This document shows, piece by piece, positions 10,718-23,661 of a stretch of 64,000 nt of DNA. Source of the stretch: an uncultured delta proteobacterium (GTDB taxonomy: Bacteria; Myxococcota_A; Polyangia; Fen-1088). The notes under the pieces are model-generated. The model searched no databases. It was given only the letters and a program-made list of their open reading frames with translations, and was not told where the DNA came from. Location: contig CAVTRY010000018.1 of the NCBI GenBank assembly GCA_963737265.1, positions 96,001 to 160,000 of the forward strand. The letters run 5' to 3'. The position numbers were made by a program, and so were the translations under genes. Position 1 is the first letter of the stretch. Each line of letters starts with the position of its first letter.

Positions 10718-12106
10718 ATGACCCAAAACCTGAGCTTACCCAGTCAGGGGCGCATTCTCCTCGTCGACGACGATGAGAGTTTCTTGGAGGTCATGTCCTT
10801 CCTATTGGAGCAGGAGGGTTACGACGTGGTTCGCGCCGCCAGCGGTCCCGAGGCGTTCGAGCGCCTGCAAGCTGGTCCGTTTCCGGTCATGGTCACCGAC
10901 CTGAAGATGCCGGGCTTCGACGGTCTGACCCTGCTCAAGAAAGCGCACGGCTTGGATCCAAGTCTGCTGGTTATCGTCATGACCGCGTTTGGCGACCTGG
11001 GCACGGCCGTGGCTGCCATGAAGGCCGGCGCCTTCGACTTCCTGCCGAAGCCGTGCGACCGCGACCACTTCAAGCTGACCGTTCGTCGCGCCCTGGAGCA
11101 CGCACGCCTGCGCCGGGAGGTGGGCGAGCTGCGCAGCGGTGGCAGCAGCGAAGGCAAGACGTTGGTCTTCGCCTCGCAAGCGATGGCCGATCTCGTCGCC
11201 GTGGCCGAACGCGTGGCCGCGGCGGACGCCACCATCCTCATCCAGGGCGAAAGCGGTACCGGTAAGGAACTGCTCGCGCGTCGGATTCACTCCGCCAGCC
11301 CGCGCAAGGATGGCGCATTCGTGGCGGTGAATTGCGGTGCCATCCCACGCGATCTGCTCGAGTCGGAATTGTTTGGCCACGCCAAGGGTGCCTTTACCGG
11401 CGCGACCAGCGAGCGCAAGGGACGATTTCTTCAGGCCGACAAGGGAACACTGTTTCTCGACGAGATTGCCGAATTGCCGCTTGAGCTACAATCGCGACTC
11501 TTGCGCGTGCTGCAAGAAAAGGTGCTCGATCCCGTGGGCAGCGAGCGCTCGGTGCCGCTCAACGTGCGCGTGCTGGCAGCCACCAATCAGGCGCTCGATG
11601 CCCGGGTGGCGGCGGGCCAATTCCGCCAGGATTTGTTCTATCGATTGAACGTTGTGCCATTGCACATTCCGCCGCTGCGCAAGCGCCAGGAAGACATTTT
11701 GCCCTTGGCCCGGCACTTTCTCGCCAAGCATAGCGGCGGCCGTGAATGGGAAATTCCGCTGGCTACGGCGGAGCGCCTGGTGCGCATGCGTTGGCCTGGG
11801 AACGTTCGCGAGCTGGAGAATCTGTGCCAGCGCGCCGCGTTGCTCGCCGAGGAGCCGGTCCTCGCCGAGGAGCTGCTCACCGGAAGAACAGCGACACCGG
11901 CGGAGGCGCCGCGCTTGTCGATCGAAGGCATCACGCTTCCAGCCGAGGGCGTTTCGCTCGTCGATTTGGAGCGCGCCATCTTGGTGCGCGCGCTGGAGAT
12001 GAACGACTACAATCAAAGCTCGACTGCGCGTTTCCTGCGCATTCCACGCCACATTCTGCTCTACCGAATGCAGAAATTCGAAATTTCCGCCAAGGGTAAG
12101 ACATGA
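10718..12106 (+). CDS. sigma54-dependent response regulator (NtrC family)
   Basis: Receiver domain, GESGTGKE, GAFTGA, WPGNVRELEN, C-terminal HTH. Confidence 0.95.
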   Translation: MTQNLSLPSQGRILLVDDDESFLEVMSFLLEQEGYDVVRAASGPEAFERLQAGPFPVMVTDLKMPGFDGLTLLKKAHGLDPSLLVIVMTAFGDLGTAVAAMKAGAFDFLPKPCDRDHFKLTVRRALEHARLRREVGELRSGGSSEGKTLVFASQAMADLVAVAERVAAADATILIQGESGTGKELLARRIHSASPRKDGAFVAVNCGAIPRDLLESELFGHAKGAFTGATSERKGRFLQADKGTLFLDEIAELPLELQSRLLRVLQEKVLDPVGSERSVPLNVRVLAATNQALDARVAAGQFRQDLFYRLNVVPLHIPPLRKRQEDILPLARHFLAKHSGGREWEIPLATAERLVRMRWPGNVRELENLCQRAALLAEEPVLAEELLTGRTATPAEAPRLSIEGITLPAEGVSLVDLERAILVRALEMNDYNQSSTARFLRIPRHILLYRMQKFEISAKGKT

Positions 12107-13224
12107 CGATGAGATTGCACCCACCGTGGGTGTTGTCCGCCCGGGCGTTTCTGTATTTGTGGCTGCCCGTGCTGGCCATCAGCGCGGCGCATTTTGCAAC
12201 GCCTGCGTCGTACGATTGGTTGCACGACGTCTTTCGCCGCCTCTACTACATCCCTATCATTGTGGGAGCATTCCTTTTTGGACTGCGCGGCGCCCTGGTC
12301 ACGTCGCTGGTGGCCACGGTGCTCTACGTTCCGCACGCATTCTGGATGACCGGTCCTCACGCGCATCACCCCGGGATGATTCACGCGGACCCCACTGGAA
12401 CGGCCAACAAGGTCTTGGAATTGCTGCTCTACAATGTTGTCGCTCTGGTGACGGGCTTGCTGGTGGAAAGGGAGCAGCGTGCTCGGCGCGATGTGGAACA
12501 GAAGATTGTGGAGATGCGGGCCATTGAACAGCAGTTGATTCGCGCCGGTCGGCTTCAGTCGCTGGGGGAGCTGACCGCGGGTTTGGCCCACGAGATCAAG
12601 AATCCACTGGCGTCGCTCAAGACCGCCGCAGCGATCGTCGCCGACGAAATCGCCGAAACGTCGCCGCGGCGAAAGATGGTCGGCATTCTGCAAAAAGAGA
12701 TCGACCGCCTGGCGGCATTGCTTGAACGCTTTCTTTCCTTCGCTCGGCCAGGCAATCTGAGTATTACCAACGTCAAGCTCGCACACGCCGTGGAGCAAGC
12801 CGTGGCCCTTGTCAAACCGCAGGCTACCGTGCGGCGAGTGGTTCTTCGCCTCGATAGCCGGTCGCCTGGGACGGTCATCCAGGGTGACCCTGATAAGCTC
12901 ACACAGATTCTGCTCAACGTGATCCTCAACGCGGCGCAGTTCACTCCGGAGGGCGGCAGCGTGGACGTGGTTTGCGACGAGCGAACCTTGCCCCACGGCA
13001 GATTTGCCGTCGTGACCGTCCGCGATCAGGGGCCGGGAATCGCGGATGCCGATCGCGAGCGCATCTTCGACCCCTTTTTCTCGACGCGTGAGAATGGAAC
13101 TGGGCTCGGTCTATCTATCGCCAGCCGACTTATCGACGAACATCGCGGCTATATCGAGGTTGCAAGCTCGCCGGGGCAGGGTGCCGAGCTGTCCTTGTTC
13201 TTTCGGCTTTCGACGGCTTTGTGA
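12103..13224 (+). CDS. membrane sensor histidine kinase with His-rich loop
   Basis: AHEIKNPL H-box, N/G1/F/G2 boxes, TM N-terminus containing PHAHHPGMIH; ATGA overlap with the regulator. Confidence 0.92.
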   Translation: MTMRLHPPWVLSARAFLYLWLPVLAISAAHFATPASYDWLHDVFRRLYYIPIIVGAFLFGLRGALVTSLVATVLYVPHAFWMTGPHAHHPGMIHADPTGTANKVLELLLYNVVALVTGLLVEREQRARRDVEQKIVEMRAIEQQLIRAGRLQSLGELTAGLAHEIKNPLASLKTAAAIVADEIAETSPRRKMVGILQKEIDRLAALLERFLSFARPGNLSITNVKLAHAVEQAVALVKPQATVRRVVLRLDSRSPGTVIQGDPDKLTQILLNVILNAAQFTPEGGSVDVVCDERTLPHGRFAVVTVRDQGPGIADADRERIFDPFFSTRENGTGLGLSIASRLIDEHRGYIEVASSPGQGAELSLFFRLSTAL

Positions 13225-13270
13225 AACCTTCCGGTGTTTCTGGATTCTAAACACTGAGGAGACATCGCTG

Positions 13271-13639
13271 ATGGCACTCACATCATTGACCGAGGGGACA
13301 TTCAAGGAGAGCGTGAAGAGCGGCATTGTGCTGGTGGACTTTTGGGCCCCCTGGTGCGGTCCGTGCCGCGCCTTTGCTCCAATCTTCGAGAAGGCTGCCG
13401 AGGAGAATCCCGATGTCGTTTTCGGCAAAGTGAACACCGAGGATGAGCTGGATCTGGCGTCAGCCTACGGGATTCAAGCGATTCCAACCTTGATGGCCTT
13501 CCGCGACGGAATCGTCGTGTTCGAGCAGGCCGGGGCCCTACCTGGCCATGCGTTGCAAAAGCTTGTCGACCAGATCAAAGCTCTCGATATGGACAAGATT
13601 CGCAGGGAAGCGCAAGGACACGCCGCCGCTGCTTCATAG
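13271..13639 (+). CDS. trxA: thioredoxin
   Basis: VDFWAPWCGPC, IPT; GAGGAG RBS. Confidence 0.9.
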   Translation: MALTSLTEGTFKESVKSGIVLVDFWAPWCGPCRAFAPIFEKAAEENPDVVFGKVNTEDELDLASAYGIQAIPTLMAFRDGIVVFEQAGALPGHALQKLVDQIKALDMDKIRREAQGHAAAAS

Positions 13640-13867
13640 CATTGCATACGATTTCGCGCGGGCTTGAACATCCATTCCGCTGGGGCGAGCAACTGGCGCG
13701 GAGTACGCCATATCGCCCGTTCCGCCCAAGGAGCGGGTTGACGCCTGATCTTTGTCGGCGCGTAAGGCAAGCGAGTGGTCGCGAGAATCTTGCCGGTCTC
13801 GTGTATGATGCCTCCCCGACGCAACTAAGCGTTTGGCCGAGCATCAAAACTACACAAGGGCCCGTGG

Positions 13868-15025
13868 ATGAAAGAACTAGACGAGACTACCGGAGCCATT
13901 CTCAAGCGTTTTCGTTTCGATTCGGCCGCTTTTGAGAAGGTGCGCGACGGGTTGGTGCGAGATTCTCCGGCGCCGGAATCGGGAAGGCTAGCTGTGTCGG
14001 TGACATCGCCGGCGGTAGAGGACTTGGTGGAGCTCGCGCCGCAAGCGTCGCTGGAGGGTAAGAAGCTAGCTGCCATCGGACGAGCGGCGCTGGCCCGCGG
14101 TGAGGTGGGAGTTGTCGTCCTCGCGGGCGGGATGGCGACGCGCTTCGGTGGGGTCGTCAAGGCCGTCGTCGAAGTCGTACCGGGAAGCTCGTTTCTCCGT
14201 CTTAAGCTCGCCGCGATCCAGTCAGCAGCCGCAGCCGCGGCTACCACCATTCCTGTCTTTCTCATGACTAGCTTTGCAACCAGCGACGAGATCCGACGCG
14301 TGATGCGCGAGGTGATTCATCCCAAGACGCCGATCGAAATTCTCGAACAATCGGTGACGATACGCCTGACCGGTACCGGCGACGTGTTTCACGACGCCCT
14401 CGGGCGACCGTCGTTGTGTGCGACCGGGCACGGCGATTTGCTCCCTACCTTGCGAGCGTCGGGTGCTCTTCAGCGTTTTCACGCCGCCGGGGGCCGCTTG
14501 CTGATGGTCTCCAACGTCGACAACCTGGCCGCTTCGATCGACCCGCGCGTGATAGGGGCGCACTGTGCCAGTGGCAAGAGTGTCACCGTCGAGGTTGTGC
14601 GCAAGGATCCCGGCGATCGTGGGGGTATTCCGGCACGGGTTGCCGGTCATCTGCAAATCGTCGAGGAATTCCGCTTGCCCATTGGATTCGATGCCAGTCG
14701 GGTTCCGTTCTTCAATACCAATACGTTCGTCTTCGACGCAGCCGCGATCGATCGCGACTTTGACCTCGACTGGTTTGCCGTCCGCCGCAAGGTCGACGGG
14801 CAAGAGACCATCCAGGCCGAGCGCCTGCTCGGACAGGTGACGGCCTTTTTGCCCACACAATTTCTGGTGGTCGAGCGGCGCGGCCCGGAGACTCGCTTTA
14901 TTCCGGTCAAGGATCGCGCCGAGCTCGAAGCTCGAATGCCAGACATAAAGGCTCTGCTGAGCGGCCTCGGCATCCCGCTCGCCCCACCGCGCAGCCCCAG
15001 CAGCGATTCGATGCGGAAGATCTAG
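13868..15025 (+). CDS. UDP-sugar pyrophosphorylase (UDPGP family)
   Basis: LAGGMATRFGG..K, TGHGD, SNVDNL, FNTN, RFIPVK. Confidence 0.8.
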   Translation: MKELDETTGAILKRFRFDSAAFEKVRDGLVRDSPAPESGRLAVSVTSPAVEDLVELAPQASLEGKKLAAIGRAALARGEVGVVVLAGGMATRFGGVVKAVVEVVPGSSFLRLKLAAIQSAAAAAATTIPVFLMTSFATSDEIRRVMREVIHPKTPIEILEQSVTIRLTGTGDVFHDALGRPSLCATGHGDLLPTLRASGALQRFHAAGGRLLMVSNVDNLAASIDPRVIGAHCASGKSVTVEVVRKDPGDRGGIPARVAGHLQIVEEFRLPIGFDASRVPFFNTNTFVFDAAAIDRDFDLDWFAVRRKVDGQETIQAERLLGQVTAFLPTQFLVVERRGPETRFIPVKDRAELEARMPDIKALLSGLGIPLAPPRSPSSDSMRKI

Positions 15026-15031
15026 CCATTA

Positions 15032-15445
15032 CTACTGTGCGTGGTTCGCGGCTTCCAGCTGTGCTGCGGCCCAGGCGCGCCGATCTTGCATCGGCTTCAG
15101 CTCGGCGGACGACTCGGTCTTGGTTTTCGCCAGCTCGGCGTCGGCGGTGTCTAGCTCCCGCTGAATAGCCTCGCGATCGATATCGCGGCCGTGTTCGCCC
15201 CGATTGACCAGCACTTCGATCTTATCGCCGTCGCTGACCCGCGCGACCTGCAGCAGACCGTCGCCCACCGCCAGGTACTTCATCCCTTCCTTGCCGCGAT
15301 AGCTGAGCACACCCGGCCGCAGCACCGACATGAATGGAATGTGGCCGGGCAAGATGCCGAACTCGCCCAGTACGCCAGGCGCGGCGATCTCGTCGACGTC
15401 GGTCTGAATGAGATACCCGCGTGGGGTTGTCACCGTCAGGTGCAT
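15032..15445 (-). CDS. atpC: ATP synthase epsilon subunit
   Basis: GEFGILPGHIP; operon order. Confidence 0.93.
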   Translation of the reverse strand: MHLTVTTPRGYLIQTDVDEIAAPGVLGEFGILPGHIPFMSVLRPGVLSYRGKEGMKYLAVGDGLLQVARVSDGDKIEVLVNRGEHGRDIDREAIQRELDTADAELAKTKTESSAELKPMQDRRAWAAAQLEAANHAQ

Positions 15446-15457
15446 GGGCCTCCGCTA

Positions 15458-17807
<2,350 letters not shown>

Positions 17808-17822
17808 GGGTGTTTCCCTGGA

Positions 17823-19349
17823 CTACTTGCCTTGCGGGTTGAAAACCTTGCCGAACTCGGTGAGGACCGCGCGCATTTTTTCCGCCAGGCTGTCGAAGGA
17901 CTTGCCGTCGGCGCCTTTCTGCGCAAGCTCGGTGAGAAGGTCGCGCTTTTGGCCGTCGAGGTAGGCGTAGAGCTCGCGCTCGTACCGACCCAACGATTCG
18001 ATGGGAAGTGTGTCCACGAAACCGTTGGTGGCCGCGAAGAGGATCACGAGCTGTTTTTCGATGGGTAGTGGGACGTACTGGCCCTGTTTGAGCAGTTCCG
18101 TGATGCGTGCGCCGCGCGCCAGCTGTTGCTGCGTGGCCTTGTCGAGATCGGAGCCGAACTGAGCGAAGGCCGCCAGCGATCGGTATTGCGCCAGCTCCAG
18201 GCGCAGCTTGCCGGCGACCTTCTTCATCGCCGCGATCTGGGCCGCGCCACCCACGCGGCTGACCGACAGGCCGACGTTCACCGCCGGACGCTGACCGGAG
18301 TAGAAGAGGTCGCCTTCGAGGAAGATTTGTCCGTCGGTGATGGAGATGACGTTGGTGGGGATGTAGGCCGACAAGTCGCCTGCCTGGGTCTCGATGATGG
18401 GCAAGGCGGTGAGCGAGCCGGCGCCCTTGGCGTCCGACAGCTTGGCCGCGCGTTCGAGCAAACGCGAGTGCAAGTAGAACACGTCGCCGGGGAACGCCTC
18501 TCGTCCCGGTGGGCGGCGAAGCAGCAGCGAAAGCTGGCGGTAGGCAACGGCTTGCTTCGAAAGATCGTCGTAGATGATGAGCGCGTGGCGACCGCTGTCG
18601 CGGAAGTATTCGCCCATGGTGACGCCGGTGTAGGGCGCCAGGAACTGCAGCGGCGCCGAATCGGACGCGGTGGCCGAAATAACCGTCGTGAATTCCATCG
18701 CACCACGCTCGCGCAGCTTGTCCACCACCGAAGCCACCGTCGACTGCTTCTGGCCAATGGCCACGTAGAAGCAGTACATGTTCTGGCCCTTTTGATTGAT
18801 GATGGTGTCGACCGCGATGGCGGTCTTGCCGGTCTGGCGGTCGCCGATGATGAGCTCGCGCTGGCCGCGGCCGATGGGGATGGTCGAGTCGATGGCCTTG
18901 ATGCCAGTCTGCACCGGCTCATGCACCGATTTGCGCGCGATGATGCCAGGCGCCTTGATTTCAATTTTGCGCGAGTCCTTGGATTCGATGGGACCCTTGC
19001 CGTCGATGGCCTGGCCCAGGGCGTTGACAACGCGACCGACCAGCGCCTCGCCCACGGGAACCTGGGCGATCTTGCCGGTGCGCTTGACGATGTCGCCTTC
19101 ACGCACGGTCTCGAAGTCGCCGAGGAGAACGACGCCGACGTTGTCCTCTTCCAGGTTCAACACCAGTCCGACGACGTTCTTGCCGAAGTCGAGCAGCTCG
19201 CCCGCCATGGCGTTTTCAAGACCGTAGACGCGGGCGATGCCATCGCCGGCTTCGAGCACGGTTCCGGTCTCCGCCACGGCGACTTTCTGGTCGAAGCCTT
19301 CGATCTCCCTGCGGATGATCTGACTGATTTCTTCAGCGCGAATCTGCAT
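17823..19349 (-). CDS. atpA: ATP synthase alpha subunit
   Basis: [31 protein letters not shown]. Confidence 0.99.
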   Translation of the reverse strand: MQIRAEEISQIIRREIEGFDQKVAVAETGTVLEAGDGIARVYGLENAMAGELLDFGKNVVGLVLNLEEDNVGVVLLGDFETVREGDIVKRTGKIAQVPVGEALVGRVVNALGQAIDGKGPIESKDSRKIEIKAPGIIARKSVHEPVQTGIKAIDSTIPIGRGQRELIIGDRQTGKTAIAVDTIINQKGQNMYCFYVAIGQKQSTVASVVDKLRERGAMEFTTVISATASDSAPLQFLAPYTGVTMGEYFRDSGRHALIIYDDLSKQAVAYRQLSLLLRRPPGREAFPGDVFYLHSRLLERAAKLSDAKGAGSLTALPIIETQAGDLSAYIPTNVISITDGQIFLEGDLFYSGQRPAVNVGLSVSRVGGAAQIAAMKKVAGKLRLELAQYRSLAAFAQFGSDLDKATQQQLARGARITELLKQGQYVPLPIEKQLVILFAATNGFVDTLPIESLGRYERELYAYLDGQKRDLLTELAQKGADGKSFDSLAEKMRAVLTEFGKVFNPQGK

Positions 19350-19408
19350 TGTTTTTCCTTCAGACTATTCCGGACGTTTCGAAACTTGCGCGGGCCCGCG
19401 GCAACGAT

Positions 19409-19954
19409 CTAGTTGAGAAGCCGATTCCTCAGATTGGATAGGCGAGTTGCTACGCTGCCATCGATCACCATACCGGCCACATACGCGACCACGCCGCCGA
19501 CCAGGGCGGGATCCACCTCGGTGGTCATCAGCACCTTCTTGCCGGTACGGCGCTCGATCGCCTTGCGGATCTCGGTCTCGCTGCCGAGGTCGAGCGGCTT
19601 GGCCGACTTGACGAGAGCGCGCACACGCCCAAGTTTCTCGTCGCACATTTCTTCATAGGCGCGTGCGAGAGCAGGCAAGATGGCGATGCGACCGCGTTCG
19701 AGCAGTAACAAGGCGAGGCTGTGTACCTGCCGCGCCGGCGCCACGCGGGGCAGAAGACTCTGCAGGACCGCGCGCTTTTGCGACAGCTTGAAAATGGGAT
19801 TCTCCAGCGTTTGGCGCAGATCCGTCGAGTGAGTCCACAGATCGGCCAATTCGCTTATCTCGCGGCCGAAGAGCTCGAAATTGCCTCGATCCACGCCGAT
19901 GGCGAAAATAGCCTTGGCGTAGCGGCGTGCGACGGATCCCCCGATAGCGGACAT
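19409..19954 (-). CDS. atpH: ATP synthase delta subunit
   Basis: VARRYAKA, VDPALVGG..IDGS. Confidence 0.95.
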   Translation of the reverse strand: MSAIGGSVARRYAKAIFAIGVDRGNFELFGREISELADLWTHSTDLRQTLENPIFKLSQKRAVLQSLLPRVAPARQVHSLALLLLERGRIAILPALARAYEEMCDEKLGRVRALVKSAKPLDLGSETEIRKAIERRTGKKVLMTTEVDPALVGGVVAYVAGMVIDGSVATRLSNLRNRLLN

Positions 19955-20739
19955 CAGCTTGCCTCTCCGCCGGCGGCGCCAGGCGCGGTGAACCCGGCGA
20001 CAAACTCCTGCGCCAAGCGGCGCTGATCGTCTGGCGTCACCGACTTGCGCAACAGCTCATCGGCCAACTTGATCGCGATCGTAGCAACCTCCGCGCGCAG
20101 GATGGTCTCGGCGTCCTTCACCTGTTGGTCAAGCTGGAAATGCAGTTCCTCTTGGATGCGTTTGGCCTTCTCTTGGGCGCCCTCGACCATGCGCGCTTGT
20201 TCGCGCTCGGCATCTTGGCGCATGGACGCACGCAGGGCCGCGATCTCCTTTTCCAAATCGGCGATGCGCTTTTCTTGCGCTTGGTATTTTCCCTTGGCCT
20301 CGTCGCGCAGCCGCGTGGATTCGCCAATGTCATGCTTGAGTTGTTCGTGCCGGGAGCGCAGTGCCTTGTTCATGGCCCGGCCGCCGAAGTAGATGAGAAT
20401 GAAAAGGAGAACGCCGAAGTTCAGCAGTTGCAGTGCGAAGGTCTTCTTGCTGAAGGTAACGTGTTCGCCGTGGCCACTGCCTTCCTCATGCTCAGCCACG
20501 GGCTGACTTCCAAACTCCGAATGGTTGGCTTTGTCACCCATTGGGCCTGCGCGTTCTGGACCGGCCAGCGTTTCTGCCGATGGAGTGGGCTGTCGCTGCC
20601 GAGCGGCCGGAACCAGTTCGGCTGCGACTTGCGCTTGCGGCGCCACCTGTGGCGAAGCGGGGGCGACCTCCTGCGCAAAGGCACCTGCGGCAACCGCGAG
20701 TACGCTAGCGACGATGAGTGAGGGCAATGGCCATCTCAT
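19954..20739 (-). CDS. atpF: ATP synthase F0 subunit b with N-terminal extension
   Basis: QLLNFGVLLFIL TM segment plus coiled coil; position in operon. Confidence 0.85.
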   Translation of the reverse strand: MRWPLPSLIVASVLAVAAGAFAQEVAPASPQVAPQAQVAAELVPAARQRQPTPSAETLAGPERAGPMGDKANHSEFGSQPVAEHEEGSGHGEHVTFSKKTFALQLLNFGVLLFILIYFGGRAMNKALRSRHEQLKHDIGESTRLRDEAKGKYQAQEKRIADLEKEIAALRASMRQDAEREQARMVEGAQEKAKRIQEELHFQLDQQVKDAETILRAEVATIAIKLADELLRKSVTPDDQRRLAQEFVAGFTAPGAAGGEAS

Positions 20740-21251
20740 GATGTCAGCCTCCGGCCGAGCGTCTTCTCCGCGATCTCCCGCGCAAGCACGTCCGTTTGCG
20801 CCCGCAGGCTCGCCTTTTCGGCTGCAAGAGTCGTCTCTAGTTTGGCGCGCGCCTCGGCCAGCATCGCGCGGGCTGCCGTCTGCGCTTGGCTGACGAGTTG
20901 CTGCTCGCGGACCTGCGCCTCGCCGCGAAGCTTCGCCATTTCGGCGTTTCCGTTGCGCCGCGCTTCGGCCAGCGAGATGTCGATACGGGCCAGGCGGGTT
21001 GCTGCTTCAGCCTCGAGCGTGGCGGCTTCTTCGCGCGCACCCTCGACGCGGGTCACGCGCTCGTCGCGCACACGCAGGTAGGGCTTCCAAAGGAACTGCC
21101 ACAAAATCAGCAGCAGAACCAGGAACAGGCCCAGCATCAGGAAGACCGTTCCGTCGAGGTCGAGCAGTTGCGGCTCGGCTGAGCGAGGAGCGGCCCCCGC
21201 ACCAGCCGCCTCGGTTGCGACCGCTTGAAGTAGAGTTAACAAGGCGCTCAC
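20736..21251 (-). CDS. ATP synthase F0 subunit b'
   Basis: LDGTVFLMLGLFLVLLLILWQFLWKPYLRVRDER. Confidence 0.85.
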   Translation of the reverse strand: MSALLTLLQAVATEAAGAGAAPRSAEPQLLDLDGTVFLMLGLFLVLLLILWQFLWKPYLRVRDERVTRVEGAREEAATLEAEAATRLARIDISLAEARRNGNAEMAKLRGEAQVREQQLVSQAQTAARAMLAEARAKLETTLAAEKASLRAQTDVLAREIAEKTLGRRLTS

Positions 21252-21269
21252 GATGGCTACTGGGGACGA

Positions 21270-21750
21270 CTAGGTGTTGGAACCACTTGAATTGCTGGTC
21301 GCGTTCGGCGGAGGTACCGCGGCCGCCGCCGCCTTCTTTCCGCTCGAATGCCTTGACGGAGGCGGTGAATCGGATGCGGGCCCGCTGGCGTCCATCTGGC
21401 AATGACCATCGAAAACCACGCCCTTTTCCACGAACAGCGAAGGCGTGTTGATGTTCCCCTTGACCCGTCCTGGGCTGTGAATCTCGACCGAGCGTTTCGC
21501 GGTGACGTTGCCGCGGACGGTGCCCTGAATGATGATCGAATCCCACGGAGACCTCGGCATTGACCTCCGCGCCTTCGCCGACGATGAGGACATCCTCGGT
21601 GAAGATCTCTCCTGTCAACTTCCCGTCGACGCGAACGGTACCTTCGAACGACAGCTTTCCTTCGAACTCGCTGCCCTTGCCGAGCAAGGTTGTGACCGGC
21701 TGAGTGCTGCTTGGTTCGCCGGACGCGGGGGACTGCGTGGTCAACGTCAT
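21270..21750 (-). CDS. bactofilin (one frameshift near 21540)
   Basis: TLLGKGSEFEGKLSFEGTVRVDG, continuing in another frame IQGTVRGNV..GVVFDGHCQM. Confidence 0.88.
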
Positions 21751-21840
21751 GGCTTTTGGGGGCAAACCCTACACTTCAACCGAGCCGGCCGTCAACGAAG
21801 GAAGACGCTCAATTCGACTTCATTTTGGTGGGGCAGGCTT

Positions 21841-23556
21841 TCAGTATCCCGCTGGGGCTCCACCCGAGCGCCCGTCCACCGCGGCATCGAGGCCCTGTGG
21901 AGAACGCAGGATCATGTTGGCTTTGCCGATGTCTGGGCGCAGCTTCGTGATGTGTCCCAACCGCTCAAGCGCGTGCACGACCTCGGTCGGCACACCGGGC
22001 TCGTAGAAAAGAAGGTCCGGATCCCATTGGTGGTGGATGCGCGGGGCCGCCACCGCCTGCTTGGCACCCAGTCCCAGGGCGAGCACATCGAAGACAATCT
22101 GGAGCGTTGCTGAAACGATGCGCGGACCGCCAGCCGCGCCAGCAACAAGGTCGACACCCTTGTCTCCAAGCACGAGGGTGGGCGACATCGAGGACACCGG
22201 CCGTTTGCCTGGCGCAGCCCGGTTTGCCTCGCTGCCCGACAGAGCGAACACGTCGGGCTGGTCGCCTGCGGGCGTGAAGTCGTCCATCTCGTCGTTGAGA
22301 ACGATTCCGGTGCCGCCGGCGACCAGGCGCGCACCAAACTCCAGGTTGATGGTGGTGGTCAGCGCCACCGCGTTGCCTTCTCGATCCACGACCGAAATGT
22401 GCGCCGTTCCCCCGTCGCGCGCTGGCTCGGACGCGTGGAGCGACGGGGTTCCATACGCATCATGGGCAAGGACGCGGTCCGGGCGAAAGCGCAGGGCGAG
22501 CTCGTGGTGGTAGGTGGGATCGAGAAGGTGTTCGAGCGGTACGTGCACGAAGTCGGGATCCCCGAGATAGCGGGCGCGGTCGGCGAATCCATGTTTGAGA
22601 GCCTCGGCCATGAGGTGGAAATAAGCGGGCGACATCTGAGCGCGGTCGTGTTGCAAGGTCGCGATGGCGCCGCTAGCGACAGGATCGGAAAGAATCGCGA
22701 GCGCTTCGATGATGATGACACCCCCGGCGGAGGGTGGCGGCATGGTCACCACGCGCCAACCGAGGAACTTAGTTTCGAGTGGCATTCGCTCCACGGGCGT
22801 GTAGTGCGCCAGATCTTCAAGGGACATTACACCGCCCGCCGCGGTGGTTTCGCTCACGATGGCGCGTGCGATGTCGCCGCGATAGAAAGTTCGGGCGCCT
22901 TCTCGACGCAGCCTTGTCAGCGTCTTCGCTAGAGCTGGCCGCGCCACTCGGTCGCCAGCGCGGAGCTCGCCGGCGGTTTTGCCGTTTAGTGAAAAGATCT
23001 TGCCGATGAGATCGGACCCAGTCGTGGGGTGGCGCTCGATTTCGTCCTTGATTTGCTGAGTCAGCCAGGGCGAGACCCTAAAACCGCGCGCCAAGCGCCG
23101 CGCCGGTGCCACGCAGCGGGCAAACGAAAGCGCGCCAAAGCGGCGAACCAGCTCGCCGAGACCGCTGGCTTCGCCGGGCACTCCCACCGAAAGGCCAGTC
23201 TGCGGGATCCATGGGCGTACCTCTCCCGGTCGCGCGGCAAGCGCCATCGGCGCGGTTTCGCGGAAATCCAGGGCGACGACCTTGCCGGTCTTGGCCAGGT
23301 AGACCAGCGCGAATCCGCCGCCGCCGAGCCCAGAGGCAAAGGGATCGACCACGCCAAGGGCCATGGCGGTCGCGCAGGCTGCGTCGACGGCATTGCCTCC
23401 GGCCATCAGCAAATCCAGCCCGGCCGCCGACGCCGCCGCTGAATCAGATGCGACAGCGCCGTGGCTTACGTGTAAGAATGTGCCGTCCGCCACGACTTTT
23501 GCCGAGACCGAGGCGGGCGCGAGAACCAGACCCAGCACAACCAGCGCCACGCGCAA
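21841..23556 (-). CDS. ggt: gamma-glutamyltransferase (start uncertain)
   Basis: GGNAVDAA, SGLGGGG, DFRETAP, TAHISVVD nucleophile site, LNDEMDDF, KRPVSSMSP. Confidence 0.95.
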   Translation of the reverse strand: MRVALVVLGLVLAPASVSAKVVADGTFLHVSHGAVASDSAAASAAGLDLLMAGGNAVDAACATAMALGVVDPFASGLGGGGFALVYLAKTGKVVALDFRETAPMALAARPGEVRPWIPQTGLSVGVPGEASGLGELVRRFGALSFARCVAPARRLARGFRVSPWLTQQIKDEIERHPTTGSDLIGKIFSLNGKTAGELRAGDRVARPALAKTLTRLRREGARTFYRGDIARAIVSETTAAGGVMSLEDLAHYTPVERMPLETKFLGWRVVTMPPPSAGGVIIIEALAILSDPVASGAIATLQHDRAQMSPAYFHLMAEALKHGFADRARYLGDPDFVHVPLEHLLDPTYHHELALRFRPDRVLAHDAYGTPSLHASEPARDGGTAHISVVDREGNAVALTTTINLEFGARLVAGGTGIVLNDEMDDFTPAGDQPDVFALSGSEANRAAPGKRPVSSMSPTLVLGDKGVDLVAGAAGGPRIVSATLQIVFDVLALGLGAKQAVAAPRIHHQWDPDLLFYEPGVPTEVVHALERLGHITKLRPDIGKANMILRSPQGLDAAVDGRSGGAPAGY

Positions 23557-23661
23557 GACCTTTCCGTGGTCGTTTGGATTTGCGCGCTCGCAGCGAATCA
23601 ACAATTGAAGGAAAATCACTCCCGGCGTAACCTCTTGTGGCCCGACCAAGGGAAAACCGAC

